From NCBI GenBank assembly GCA_030265395.1, contig JARFYF010000074.1, forward strand, positions 25,965,660 to 26,029,659: a stretch of DNA of 64,000 nucleotides, given 5' to 3'. The stretch is from Rhina ancylostomus. Lineage: Eukaryota. This document shows, piece after piece, positions 1-13,850 of the stretch; the stretch's first letter is position 1, and the number at the start of each line of letters is the position of its first letter. A program made the translations under genes and the position numbers. The notes below the pieces were generated by a model that was given only the letters and a program-made list of their open reading frames with translations, had not been told where the DNA came from and searched no databases.

Positions 1-248
1 ATCAGAGCTCCAAGTATCGATCCAAGCTCTAAGCTCATCCGCCTTATTGACAATACTCCTCGCGTTAAAATAGACAGATCTCAAGCCTGTCTGGACACAT
101 CCCTTCGCTATCACCTGCCTACGGTACTTACTCCTAGCCTCCTCTATCTGAGTGCCTGCCATCTCTTCCCTGGCCTCTCCAGTACAGATCCCACCCCCAC
201 CCCCCAACAATTCTAGTTTAAACTCTCCCCAGTAGCCTTAGCAAACCT
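1..248 (-). mobile_element. CR1/HER1 LINE: ORF1 end and ORF2 endonuclease start (continues beyond the window)
   Basis: Minus strand reads RFAKATGESLN* (CR1 ORF1 C-terminus), then GLRSVYFNARSIVNKADELRAWIDTWSSD (APE N-terminal YxNARS motif). Confidence 0.85.
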
Positions 249-249
249 A

Positions 250-850
250 AGAATCTCCATTCTTTTTAGATTTTCACCATTTACAAATTACTACATTCTA
301 TCCTTTTTATATACATTACCCATACTTGCTTATACTAAAATATATTTGCCACAATTCTGTTCATTTGCTAAATCTGTTAATATCTTTGTAATTTTATATT
401 TCTGACCACACTGCTTAAAATGCTGCCTAATTTCATGTCATTATTAAACATGAATATATGGCTCCCTATGTATATTTGAACTGTTAATAAATAGGGTGAA
501 TATTTGAGACACCGACACAATACTCCCTGGGACACCAGTATTTGCATACTTCCTCCAAGAGGACCAATCCATTTTCTATGCTGTTTCCTGCTAATCAGGC
601 AAATTCCTAACCAGTTTTATGTAATTTACCTTTAATTCCAACTTTAGCTAATGTGTTTTTAGTAGGCATTTATTAAATGCCTCCTGGAACACCATATAAA
701 TTACATCCATCACCTTCCTCCATCCATCACTTCTTCAAATATTCAATTTATTCATTGAGAATAAACCAGACCTTTTGCAAATCTATTGTTGTCCTCTAAT
801 CAACTTAAACATTTTAGTGTGTTCAATCACACCCTCACTTGCAATCGTTN
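250..850 (-). mobile_element. old degenerate CR1 RT-region fragment
   Basis: Resembles the CR1 reverse complement (tactccctgggacacca ~ GVPQG; attaaatgcctcctggaac ~ DFxKAFD) with many stops. Confidence 0.5.
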
Positions 851-1739
851 NNNNAAATGGTTGATAATTCTGTGGTTTCCTACATAACACAATAGTACAT
901 GAATTTTCCCAGCCTAAAGGAGCAGTTCCTGAATTGATATTTTAATTGTGACTTCACTTTCATCTCATTGACTTCCTTTAAAACTCTGTAATAGAAACCA
1001 GTTGGGTCTCTTTAGCATTGTTATTTTCTTTATTGCTGTTATTTTGTTAATGTTAAATTTTAATGAGTTCCCTTCCCTAATTCAATATTCCACATCTGCT
1101 TCAGGTGTGGAATTCCAATTACCCATACCATGTTCATTCACTCCTATTGTGTTATATTCATGACCATCAGACCTAATTAAGAGTTGCAAATGCTGACAGA
1201 ATAATTAACATAAAAATAACTTTGATAATTTAAATTATACTGACTCAGAACTGGGGACTCTGGAAGAAATGTGTTAAATCTGTAACACCAAAGCTCAGAT
1301 TAAAATATATCTTTCTTCCTCAGAAACATACAAATGCAAAATAAATGTGTATTTTGTAGAATTAGCAAATGCTTGGTAGAAACAGACTCAACAGGATTGG
1401 TAAAAGGAGCAACATTGAGTGACATTTTCTTATTTTAAACTTAATATTTTCTTGTATAAAGAAAGAATTGGAACTAAACTTGCTAAATTAAATTCTTGGT
1501 AACAATATCTGAAGTAAGTGACATTTATTTTCAGGTTATATTTCTGAAGAACTGTGTTATGACTTAAATAACTAAACAATTAAATACATATTTCATAGCC
1601 TAGTTCTATTATCACAATTGTGATAATAATAGTTCTATTATCTACTTGTTCAACATGCTGGAAGTCTTCACGATGGATTATTGTGGATTTTTTCATTATT
1701 AAGTGGATCATAAAAATGATTCTAACATTGTCATGGAGG

Positions 1740-2840
1740 GGCGAGAGAAGGTGAAAATGATCCTATGGCAAAATACCAGAAATGAAAGGTTGTGCAAGTC
1801 ATTAAACATTACATGGACTGGATGTCTAAGCACTTGAAAAGAGAAGACTGTGGATTTAGTCAGAGGGCTTTAAGATTAAGAAAGAGAGTAATAAGGCAGA
1901 TATGGAGAAAATGTTTCCATTGTGAGAAAACTAGAGGCAATTACAGAATCATAGAATGATTAGAGCACAGAAGGAAGTCACTCAGCCAATCAAGTCCATA
2001 TTAGCTCTATGCAAAAGCAATCCAGCCAATCCCACTCTCCTGGCCTCTCTCATAGCCCTGCAAATTTTTAGCAAGCTACTTTTTGAATGCGACAATTGTA
2101 TCAGCTTTCAAACTCTACTCACTGCAGAGACAAAAAAAAATCCTCATGAGAGCATACTGGTTCATTTTGTCGATAACATTCATTCTGCCTCCTAAAGTTC
2201 TTGACTCCTTTATCAAGACAACAACTTCTCTGTATTTATTGTCTATATCTTGCATGATTTTAAATTCCTCTATCAGATACTTTCCCTGTTTCAAGGAAAA
2301 TGGCCCCAATTGTCCAGTCTATCTACAACTGGACACTAATTCCCTCATTCCTGGAACTAATTTAGTAAATCTCTCCTGCACCCTTCCCAAAAGCTGTTGC
2401 ATTCTCCTTGAAGAGTGGCCACCAGAACTGGACACACTAGTTCAATTGTGATCATACTAGTGCTTTAATAAGGTTGGTCATGATTTCCTTGTTCTTTTTG
2501 CCATTATTTTCTTTAACTACTTTATCAACTTGCCCTACCACTTTCAATATTCTGTCCACGCATATCCCTAGGTTGCTCTATTCTGGCACACCTTTTGGAA
2601 TATAACGGTCATTAATAACTCTTCTGGATAATTCAGAAATTTCTTTAACCAGAGAATAGTTAGAAGGTTGAACTCACTACCACAAGAAGTAGTTGAGGTA
2701 GCTAGATAATATTACATTACAAGTGAAAATAGTAAACATTCAAGGAAAACAGGAATTGGAGGATATATTATGGTTAAATGTTGAGTATAAATATTTTATA
2801 TGGATATGCTGAGGCACATGGCCTATTTCAATGCAGTAAG
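1740..2840. mobile_element. nested CR1 3' fragments (plus-strand copy interrupted by a minus-strand copy at about 1945-2600)
   Basis: Plus-strand CR1 3' motifs at 1860-1945 and 2630-2835; minus-strand tail starts agaatcatagaatg and includes ccagaactggacac. Confidence 0.6.
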
Positions 2841-2929
2841 TATAATCTAATATTATGTTATCCCAACAATTTAATTGAAGAATATTGAAACCAGTTTTCA
2901 AAAAATTCTGCAACTTTGACTAGTTAAGA

Positions 2930-3760
2930 CAGAATTTGTTCCTTGTGGCAAGTCACCTGTATCCACTGCTGACAAGTGGAAATATATAAACTTAGCTCTT
3001 GCAGATCCCTTAATGTCAACTTGCCTGGATCCCAATTAATGAGGCAGTGATATGCTCTTGTGGAGTGAATTGACTGACCCACCAATGCCTGCCAGAGGGT
3101 TGATAACATGGCATTTTATCATAGAAATGTCAAGAAGATAGTTATACTCTCTCAGGTTGTTGCCTAGCATAAGTCCAACATGAAAATGACTTGTGACATA
3201 AAACCCCAATGCCTGAATATTGTCCAAATATTGCCTCATACAAATCTGGATTGCTCCATTATCTGAAGAGTTGTGAATGAAACTGAACATAGTGTATTCT
3301 TCTGCAAAATCCTTACATCTGGCTGAATGGTGACAGAAAAAAATGGTTTCTACCCTAAGAAATCTGTGGACATGTCCTGGGGCTGAGATGATTGACCTTC
3401 AATATTTACTACCACATTTGTGCCCTGGAGTGAAGAGTTTTACCATTACTTCACAATGACTAGTTATAGCTAAGCTCATTGATAATACGTTTGGTCAAAC
3501 TTTGTATCAGTGTTAAGGATAGCCATCTTACTTCACCTCTGGAATTCAGATTCTTTCCATGTTTGTTGTAATGGTGAGTGGAAATGAGCAGTCCTGCCAA
3601 TGCCCAAACCAATAATTAGGGACCCAGTTATTGGTGGGTAAGTACAACAAAGAAGTCTTGTCCATGACACTGTCTATCATTTTGCTGAGGTGTGAGAATA
3701 GATATTGGGGCAGTAATTAGCTGGTTGGATTTGCCCTGCACTTTGTGGATTCATATTGAC
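2930..3760 (-). mobile_element. CR1-clade LINE reverse transcriptase remnant
   Basis: Minus-strand FAEEYTMFSFIHNSSDNGAIQICMRQYLDNIQALG resembles the FADD..MQQDLDNIQAW RT segment; decayed. Confidence 0.7.
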
Positions 3761-6379
3761 CAGCTATCCCAGAGATATTCTAAATGCTTCTGAGGAGGCT
3801 ATGGATCAATAGATAAACCTGTCAGTTGTGAATGTCTGTACAAAGTGATAAAATAAAATCCCAGAGCAATGCTAAGATTCTGCACCAATCAAGAACTATT
3901 TGACATGGGAACACAGAAAGTAAAGCAAATTAAGATATTTACAGATAATCTGCTTCCCTAAATAAAGGTTATTTGCTGCCTATGCTGGAGCCTGTCCCTG
4001 TTTTGATCTACAATAAAAATATTTTGTGACATTCTGGAAAATTGCTTGGAAGCTACTTCTCTCCAAAAGGTTATTGTCACACAGTGAGAGCTGATGCTGA
4101 GTTTCTGGTTGCTTGCATTTCCACAATAGTCAATTACATGCCCATTTGCTCCATCTTATTGCCAATACTTCTGCTTGTTATTTCCCTAGAATAACCTCAT
4201 CAGTAGTTTCTCGGTGATTGAGGCACAATATTACAGGCAAACTTCAGGGAGGAAAAATTAAATCAATTAACTAGAAGTATTGAATATTAATTATTCAAAT
4301 TCTTTATTGGAATGATATTCTAAAGTGTATTTTCTTCATGTTTATCATAATCATTTACAGAAAAAGTACCTCTGAATATTTCACTATTTGTAGCTCTCAA
4401 TTCTTCTGTATATTATAAATGAAAGATAACTATGAAGAAGATACCGAGGTATTCAAATGGCCCATCAGTTTCAGGCAGGAAGTGTCAAATTCAAATCCCA
4501 GGGCTGTTCCTCACTTGAACTCTTTTGCTTCAGTCAGGGGAATTTGATCTCTTCTCAGAAGCACTTACCAATTAAGTGCTGCACAATTCAGAAGCACTCC
4601 TCCTTCAGTGAGAGGTAGAGAAACAGACACCCTTCAAAGGGCTTGGTTTGATTCATGTGTTTTCCTACCAGATAGGCAGGGATTAATAGGAATCAAAAGA
4701 GATTTACCACAAAAGCTGCATCAGGTTTCTGATTCAGGCAACAATGGTGAGAAGTCAGAAGCAAAGAAAAAATGTAGGAACAAATGAGAATCATATAATG
4801 TGTTTGTTTAGTTCAAGAATGTACAGCTGAGCCGTGTGCTGAGAAAATCAGCGTTAAGCAGTCAATTTGTGATAAGCCAAAGAACCCTTTAATCAATGGC
4901 CCACTACTAGGAAATTCAGTAGAGCATCAAACTGAAGTCATTGTGTACTACGGACTTCACACATTCAAGGCATTTTATTCACTGTTGTATAATAGCAGAG
5001 TCTAAGAAGGAAAGTCCAGGACCATGTCCAGGGTCTTGGAGGCAAAATGCCAGCTATACAGCGGGGCTGGGGTGGCATGGGGTGGGGTGAGTGGATGGGT
5101 AGAATTGTATAGCAGAGGGTATCAGTGTTGGCCAATGGGTACAAGGTCCAGGGTAGGATTAGGCTGCTGAAAATTGATGAAGGTTATTTTTGCTGTTGGA
5201 GGGTCGTTACTGGTAGTTCAGAGGTACAGGAAGGTGATAATATTGATTGTTTGGGAGGCTGGTATGGTGGTCTGGAAGATCTTAATGTTCAGAGGTCTTT
5301 GGTGGTTGTACCATAGGAGTTAGTGTTTGATGGTCAGAGGTTTGATTAGAGGGTTGTCAGGTTCGCTCCACAAATTGGAAGCTTGAGGAACTGGCTGGAA
5401 TACTAGGGTGGGGGTCAGGTAAGGGTTGTGAACATGAAAAGGGTGATGGAAGTAACTGTGCGGGCTGTGACACAGAAAGGAGAATTGGCTAAACAAATTT
5501 CTTAATGGACATCTGCCTGAACTGGGTTCCCAGTTTCAACCTGGGATGTTCATAGGTCAGTCCCCTTCATCGCCCACTGAAGCAGACTTCACAGGCACTG
5601 TCAAAGATTATTTCTGGATGAGTGGCATGGACAAGCATGTATGAATGGAAATTTTAGAAACGGCAGTCAGGTGTGCAAAGCTCACCATTCTACACAACTA
5701 TGCATTTCCGGAGTCTTCCATTCATTAGTGGTTCCATTCAGTCTAGTGGTCACAAAAGGCCTAGATTGAAAATCACAGATCTTGGGCAATTCTCAGAGTT
5801 TGATTTTTCACTGAAATTAGATCATGTAATGCACAAAAACATGGCATTACACAAGCCAATTTCTGCCACAATTTGATTAAAAGCATGGCCTTCACTGTAA
5901 AAATGACACATTCAGTTTCTAAATTATTTTTTCAACATGCCTGAAATGTGAATTAGCATGACAGTCAGGCAGGAAATAGATAATATATAGATTTTTAAAA
6001 TGGTGATTAAATTACTTTGCAAAAGATACATCTGACTAGAAATTTACTCTGGGCCGGCAGTGAAATGGAATGAATTTCAACAGCAGAGTGCAGAGTACAG
6101 ATGTTATTGAAAAGCATGTTCAGCGCCACTGGTCAGGAATAATTTTTTGGCAGTATTACTCCACTGACAAGTAGCTGTACTGTTTTAGGAGACTCAATCC
6201 AGAAAGTACAAACCAACAATCTAAATAGAGTCACGGTTAACTAGTCAATTGGTAACTTCAGTCTGAGATCAATGGAACTGACAGGTAACAGAAAATTGAA
6301 ATGTTTCTCTGATAACTCAGAGTAGTTGTTAGTGAGGGTTTAACTGTGTTCTGAAGCTAGTTTTACTTAACAGATAAAT

Positions 6380-7145
6380 ATGATGAGTCCCAAAATTGGA
6401 ATAATTATACTTATACTTCTCTAGGTTACACATGTTCTCTTAGCTATACATGTACACTCTTAGTTAATGTTTACACATGTTCAACACAATTGTCTACTCT
6501 AAACTTACTCTTCATTAATTTAAATTTCCACTCTCTTGCTTTACGAGCTTAATTTTCTTATATCCTAACATTTGCCTCATTGACATTATTTAAAATGTAT
6601 TCTTTGATAATAACCCCTGTACAGCTTCTCTCTTTAGGGGGTAAATTATCCCAATGTCCTTGTATAGCCCTTCATGCTGTTTTCTGCATCCTCCTCAACT
6701 GCATTGTTTGGTGACCACAACATAAATTCCAAGTGTAGTAAGATCAGTCCCTTAACAAGGCTTAGCAGGATCTCAGTGCATTTATCTTTCTGTAAAACCC
6801 AGCATTTATTTGTGTTTTAATTGTTTTGACACAAAGCTTCAACATTGAAAAGGTCGTTATTCCCAAATCTGTTTTAAGTTTCTCTCTACTAATCATATTC
6901 CATTTATTGCATGCTGATTTCATTTTCTTCACCCAAGGCCCAGTACGTTACATGTGAATATTACATTTCATTTGTGATATCAGTTATATAACTGATCCAA
7001 GCACTTCTGAAAATCTCAAACAGTATAGCATGAGTGATTTTAACTCACCCTGCCCACTATTGCTTCATTTATGCCCATAAACATTTAGACCCTGTTGATC
7101 ACCTGGATGCCTGAAATACCCACATTACTCCATATTACTAATGTG
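6380..7145 (-). mobile_element. very degenerate CR1 fragment
   Basis: Weak CR1 reverse-complement motifs (cacaacataaattccaagtg, tacatttcatttg). Confidence 0.4.
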
Positions 7146-7151
7146 CAGTAA

Positions 7152-8908
7152 TAAAGGTCATTCTGCGTGTTCCCCATCCAGAAACCATAGATGAAGTGGG
7201 AGATCGACTCCCTACAGGTCTAGGTCTGCAGCGTTCAAATCGGGTGATCCTGACCAATACAAGAAACCGAGGTATGACTTCATAAAGCTATCAGGGATGC
7301 CAAGAGACNNNNNNNNNNNNNNNNNNNNNNNNNNNNNNNNNNNNNNNNNNNNNNNNNNTTGCGTGCTATATCAGGCTACAAAACAAAGGTGACAGACAGA
7401 TTTGCTGACCCCATTGAGCCCATTGCATTCAATGCATGTTTTGAACAGAAGAGCAATGAAATGACACCACCTGCCCCAATAGCCTCCAGCACATCTGTAC
7501 CCACAGTCATCATTGAAGATGTCAGATCAGCCTTCCAGAGAGTGAACCCTCTGAAAGCATCTGTCCTGGATGAGGTCCTCAGCCATATCCTCAGATTCTG
7601 CATGGATCAGCAGGCAGGGGTATTTGCAGACAATTCTAACTTCTCCTTACTGCAAGTTGAGGTTCCCACCACCTGCTTTAAGAAGACCCCTATCATCCCA
7701 ATGCCAAAGAAAATAAAGTAACATGCCTTTATGATTATTGCCCAGTTGCTTTGACATCCAGCACCATGAAGTGATTCGAGAGGCTGGTCATTGCACGCAT
7801 TAACTCCAGCCTCCCAAATAACCTTGACTGACTTCAATTCACTCACTGCCGAAACAAGTCCACAGCAGATGCCATCTCCCTGGCCCTACACTCATCTCTG
7901 GAGCATTTGGATAACAAAGACACCTACAGCAGCCTCCTATTTATTGACCACAGCTCTGCCTTGAATACCAAGAGGACTCATATTCAAACTCCTATACCTG
8001 GGACTCAACACCTCCCTTTGCAACAGGATGCCTGACATTCTGACCAACAGACCACAATCAGTAAGGATAGGCAGCGACACCTTCACCATGATTATCCTCA
8101 GCTCTGGTGCCCCACAAGGTNNNNNNNNNNNNNNNNNNNNNNNNNNNNNNNNNNNNNNNNNNNNNNNNNNNNNNNNNNNNNNNNNNNNNNNNNNNNNNNN
8201 NNNNNNNNNNNNNNNNNNNNGACACCTTCACCATGATTATCCTCAGCTCTGGTGCCCCACAAGGTTGCATCCTCGGCCCCTTACTTTACTCCCTATACTC
8301 TGACAACTGTGCGGCCAGATTCAACACTAACTCCATCTACACGTTCGCAGGTGACACCACCATAGTGAGCCAGATCTCAAATAGGAAGCTAGAGAACCTA
8401 GTGGTATGGTGTCAAGATAACAACCTTTCCCTCAATGTCAGCAAAACAAAAGAGTTGGTCATTGACTTCAGGAAGCGGGGTGGAACACATGCCCCTGTGT
8501 GTATCAATGGTGCTGAAGTGAAGATGGTAGAGAGCTTCAAGTTCCTAGGTGGAAACATCACCAATAGCTTGTCCTTGTCCAACCACTCAGACACAATGGC
8601 AAAGAAAGCTCACCATTGCCTCTACTTCCTTGGAAGGCTAAGGAAATTCAGCATTTCCCCATTGACCTTCACCAATTTTTATAGATGTACTATAGAAAGC
8701 ATCCTATCCGAATGCATAACAGCTTGGTACAGCAACTGCTCTTCCCAAGACTGCAAGAAATCAGAGAGAGTTGTGAATACAGCTCAGTCTATCACCAAAA
8801 CCAGCCTCCGCTCCATAGATTCTGTCCATACTTCCCACTGCCTCAGGAAAAACAAAGTTTATCCACTGTATCTTGGTACATGTGACAGTAATAAACCAAT
8901 TACCAATA
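7152..8908 (+). mobile_element. Rex1/Babar-type LINE, RT region and 3' tail, decayed
   Basis: GAPQGCILGPLLYSLY, FAGDTTIV (YADD equivalent), WCQDNNLSLNVSKTKELVIDFRK, FYRCTIESIL; tail catgtgacagtaataaaccaattaccaat. Confidence 0.9.
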
Positions 8909-10943
8909 AGTACTTCTCCAGTCGCTTTATGGCTCCTAATGATCACCATTTATGCTTCTAATAATATAGCCAATTGTAGCAAAACTAGAGGTTCCCAAAG
9001 GGAGGGAACAAGTTCCTGTGGAGTCCCAGAGAAGTCTCAAGGCCCACAAGAGACAATATGGTCACAGTGACCAGTATTAGTTGAACAGCATAATCAGAGT
9101 TTGGCATACTGCCTTTGGGTGCAAATTTTGTCAATTTGCTGAATTTAACTAAAGTTCAATATTTAAAATGGACTGGGCCTCTTACAGTATCCCCAGCAAA
9201 TCTAACTACACATTGTGGGCTGAAAATGGACTCCTTCGTCTCTGCTGCTCTCTCACTTTAGAACTCTCTGCTCATTTGACCAGCTTCATTTTGGTATGCT
9301 GACCATATTTAAGTAGATTGGAAACAATTGGTCCAAACACTGCTTTTCACACTCAACTCCCACCCCACCCACTCCCCACCAGTCTGACATAACAACACTT
9401 ACCTGATTCTGGTACAAATCAAATTCAAATCCATTTCATATTCTACCTTGGAATAACTTGTAGCTAGTACAGATTGTGGGATTTCATTTGAAACTCTGCT
9501 TACAGCTTCCTATATGTCAAAAGTATCAGTAACCATTATCAATTCATGCATTGGCTCTCCATCATCAAGATTTATCTGGCAGGTGCTTTCTTTCAAAATC
9601 CTGCATGTTTTTTATTAAACAATAACTACAAAAGTACTTCGAGGATAGAGAACAGCTTCCCTAACTGTTCTGCTGTACTGGAGGCAAAGCTCTAGGCCTG
9701 CAGTTGCCTTTATTTTCGTTAATCACCTTTCAAAATCTATGTGCTATTCCCCTGCTGCAGAATCTCACCAGCTTCTAATGTTGTTTTCTTCATGGTAGCC
9801 AAGGCAACGTAACTGAAATTTGCTCATTAAACTTCTTCAGCACCCCGAACTATACATTCCTTGCACCCTATGAGCTGAAGGACTCTCAGATTACCACATA
9901 CTGAACAGTAAAGAGCATATTGTAGTCAATGACAAGAGGCCATTCTAGTATTAACCTTTTATAAATACTATCAGACATTTTCCTAATCAATTTAATTATT
10001 CTGTCTTCAATTATTTGGCTGCAATTTCTATGCTTTAGAAATCTAACTGTTTTAATAACCCACAGTCTGGTTACTGGAAAAATGCTTTAGGGTTAATAAA
10101 AAAAATGTGAAAAATTTTGAACCTTGGGTTTTGTTTTTACAGCCATGTTTGATAAGGTTGTAGTTTTGGGAAAAGAATTTACATTCTACAATCCAAACAA
10201 CTGGAGCTGATGAAGGACCAAAACTAAAAGGTACCAAAGTATTTTCAGTCAATACATGTTCTATGATGGCTGGAGTGTCTTGAGTAAGGTTGCTGACTTT
10301 CCACATCAGAATGAGATCACAGGGGCTCAAGATAAGTGTATTGAATGAGACTTCATGATGTTCTCAAGATGAGGAAGGTGGGGTGTGGGAGGAAGGATCC
10401 TTCTCCTCCTGGCATTATATTGAAAGAAAACTAGACAAATGAGTTAAATGCCTTCTTCTGCTTTGATTTTTTATTTTGTTTCAGTTTACCTGACCAGAAA
10501 TCTGGTTGGAATCAATATTTTGTGTCTGAGCCCCAACCTGGAAATCTAACTAGGGGCCCATTGTAATGGCCTTTATGGAAAACAGGTTCACATTGAGCAC
10601 AGTAGGGTTCAAGTGGGATATCAATAGGGAAGCTGCTCAGTCAATTTCACCAGGCTGAAGCTTACAGAGGGTGGGGGATGAAAGGCCAACCACCAGAGGA
10701 TTGATAAAGTCTAGAACTGTTCTAGAAATCTAGGATAAATGCATGGCTGATGAGCTGAGGTAATAATGTTATGAAGGTGAGTATGGGTGACAAATAGGTT
10801 GGAAATTCAGCTTAGTAAACTACCAAATCAAGGTACTTAACTAGTTTATGATTATTTTTCTTGTGTAGTTTTAAGCACGTTCTACTTGTCTCAGACTAAG
10901 GTATTTTCAGCAATGCATTTCAGACAGCTTGCTTTCTTTATAA

Positions 10944-11163
10944 ATGGAAGGCCATTCAGCCCATCAACTCCAGTTAGTTCTTAGAGCAATTCCATCAAGC
11001 CCATCCTCCTACATATTTCCCTGCAACCCATCCTCTCCCACATGCCCATTAACTCCCCAATTCTCCTGCCACCTACCTAGGGCAAACTCCACACAGACAC
11101 CACTGGGGGTTAGGACTGAAGCTATAAGATAGCAGCACTACTGGCCCAAGCACTATGCCACTG
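10944..11163 (-). mobile_element. HE1-like V-SINE, internally deleted
   Basis: ggccattcagccc tail end and caaactccacacagac V-domain edge in reverse orientation. Confidence 0.6.
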
Positions 11164-12032
11164 TTTTGGTTTAGCTCAATTAAGTGAAGTTTTGCTTTTA
11201 GAAATCATCACCTGGATTTGTTGATGGTGACACAATTAAACTGACAATCCTGAGATAATTGCACGCGCAGATCTTAACAGAAATAAAGAAATGATGTTGA
11301 TGATTCAGCCCTCCTCAACAGGCAATGCTAATTTAGAGCTTTCTTCACTGCAATCAAGTTATCTGAAGTGACACAAACTTAAGGTTCTTTGTTAAGCACA
11401 ATCTAGCTCTACAAAATATCATGAATATATTACACTCTGTTGCATTAGACGGGAGAAAGCTTTAAATGGCATCCTCAGTCATAGTTACGATTTGGCAAAT
11501 ACTCTAGGCTAAGTTTGTAAATATGGGTTGTATTTTCCTCAAGATAAATATGTCAAAGGTAATGAATTTTAAAATTAAATAAATATTTCCAATAGATTTA
11601 CTTGTGATATTTAAACTTCACATCTCACCCAAGCATATATGTTCCAATCTTTAGTTAGCATACTTAGAAAATTAATCAAAAAATGTAGTTTTCCAAAATA
11701 GAAATTCTTGTAATGTGATTGGCTGCATAATCAACTTAATGATACCTCAGCTGCAGAGAGCCATGAAAACTCCTTCGAACTGATACCTGACAGCAACTGG
11801 TATTGGCAAAGAGAAAGTCCACTCCCAAGTAGCTCCCAAGTAAGTGAAGGCATTTGTTCTGGAGAATCTGCCTCTGCAATTATATGTTTAGGTTTAGAAA
11901 TCCTTTTCATTTAAATAAGCATTTTCAAGATGGAGATTAGGAAAAAAAGGTAAGGTGTTATTTGTGTTTTAGACAATTTAGTTTATGTTAAAATTTTAAA
12001 TAATTTCTCAGCGTTGAAATCATTTTTCATTA

Positions 12033-12286
12033 CAGGCAGTCCCTGGGTTCTTTAAGCATTCTGTTCCTGAGAACTCCCTGTAATCCGAATTCTCTGTAAA
12101 TTAGAAATGTCCATTTTCTATAGCTACCTATAAGTCTTGCTCTGTATAAACTTGCTATAATTCTTTCACTTCATTACTATTATTATTATTTCTATTACTA
12201 GTTTGAAAAATGCTTTAAGATGTGTGAGAAGACACATAAAGTTGGATTTCCATAAGTCAGATCATTAGTAACCCAGAAAGTCCCTG
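12033..12286. mobile_element. Tc1/mariner (pogo/Tigger-like) MITE
   Basis: TA|caggcagtccctgggtt ... aacccagaaagtccctg|TA: imperfect terminal inverted repeats with TA on both flanks. Confidence 0.7.
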
Positions 12287-13290
12287 TACATTTATACTCC
12301 CTTTTAATAAGTTCTTAGCTTTTGAAAATGATTTAAAGCAATTTACCAGAGACATTTAAAACCTGTTTAAAAAGCCCTCTAGTTTGGGACTCCACCCTTG
12401 GCCTTGCTTCCTACCAAAGACTGTCAGGCTGTTCTGGGGGCAGGACCTCAGTGGTAAGCTTGCTGAGCCCTGGTCACCATTAAGGTTAAATGCCTGACCA
12501 TTGGTGAAGAGTAATGTTACTTGACCCTCTGTATCAGTATTAGTATCAGAAACATGCCCAGTATCAAAAGTGGTAAGCCAAATTTAGGTCTATTTGGTCC
12601 CTAATTTGAGTTCAATACTCCATCATTATAGGGTTCTTACTTGTGCCTTTTAATAGCAGGATGGCAGATTGACGTTGATTCTAAACATGAAAATTGATGG
12701 TGCAGACAAGGAGTTTATGTTGTGCAGTTACTACTGGACTTCATAACTAAGGAAACATGTCGGCATTTGCCTTTGAGGCATGTAGCAAAATAAAATGTAC
12801 TTTCCACAGCTGGTTTAACAAACATTTAGATCATTAGATTGGCCTATAAAACATTAATGAATTATTGTTACAAACATTTCATAAAGGCTGGTATTTCTAA
12901 ATGTCATTATTGAAATTATACTTTCTGTACTTAAACATTTCAAAATGTTGTAGTACCATGAGATCACAATTTATGCTATAATGACAGGCACTTTTTCCAG
13001 TTTGTTCCATAGATTAATATGGAGACTCTGACTCTGCCAATCAACCATTTAAACATGTGATAAAAACAGATCAAAAGTGAAATAAATGGAAAACCAATGC
13101 CAAGAAACCGGATCAATTGGCCCTTGTATAATGTGCTAATCACACAATAATTTGTTATACCTGGAGCAGATATGCAGGTGACTAAGTCTAGGTGAAATTG
13201 CACACATGGTGAAGTTCCATTCATGATCCACCATGCACTGTGTGACCTTTTCCTGGCACCAGACCCACACCTAACAATATTCACAGTCAC

Positions 13291-13349
13291 CACCCCACCC
13301 CAGCACTTTCCCCCCACCCCCCCCCCCCCACCCCCCCCCACCCCCCCCC
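13291..13349. repeat. poly-C low-complexity tract running into a gap
   Basis: C runs directly visible. Confidence 0.9.
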
Positions 13350-13850
13350 NNNNNNNNNNNNNNNNNNNNNNNNNNNNNNNNNNNNNNNNNNNNNNNNNNN
13401 NNNNNNNNNNNNNNNNNNNNNNNNNNNNNNNNNNNNNNNNNNNNNNNNNACTGATATTCTGATCGATAGTTACCCCTCAATGCACATCACTAACATAGAC
13501 AGCCTGTCTGTTACTACAGTTTCATTTGTGAGAGCTTGCTGTGCAACCATATTTAAATAGGTACTCTATTAACATCAGCAGACCTGATGGGGGTGCTTCG
13601 GATATGACCATACACTTCTCAAACATATTCCAAAGTTCACATTGGAGTGCTAACATGAAGAGGAAGTGCCTTCTCCAGCATACAGGTGCTGAGATATTCA
13701 TTTCCTGGATATGTTTGTAGTGACACAGTATTTTAGGCATCACAGGTCATTTGGGAACCTTGGGGCAGGAAGCTTCGACGTGGCCATCAGCGAAGAGACT
13801 GCCACAGACTCTTCATAGACATCTGATCCTACCTGAATCTTGCAGCAATA

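Noticed and set aside
5040-5480. G-rich strand-biased tract and ORF 5125-5316
   Set aside because: Low complexity, probably a decayed transposon interior; no assignable motif.
8076-8265. 45-bp direct repeat either side of a 100-N gap
   Set aside because: Identical sequence abuts both gap edges and the LINE reads through once it is merged; a contig-overlap artefact.
8107-8961. 284-aa RT-like ORF as a functional gene
   Set aside because: The catalytic motif has decayed (FAGD), and upstream frames have stops and frameshifts; a dead LINE.
9403-9510. Minus-strand exon candidate ending in cagGTAAGT (EAVSRVSNEIPQSV...)
   Set aside because: Weak acceptor and no recognisable peptide.
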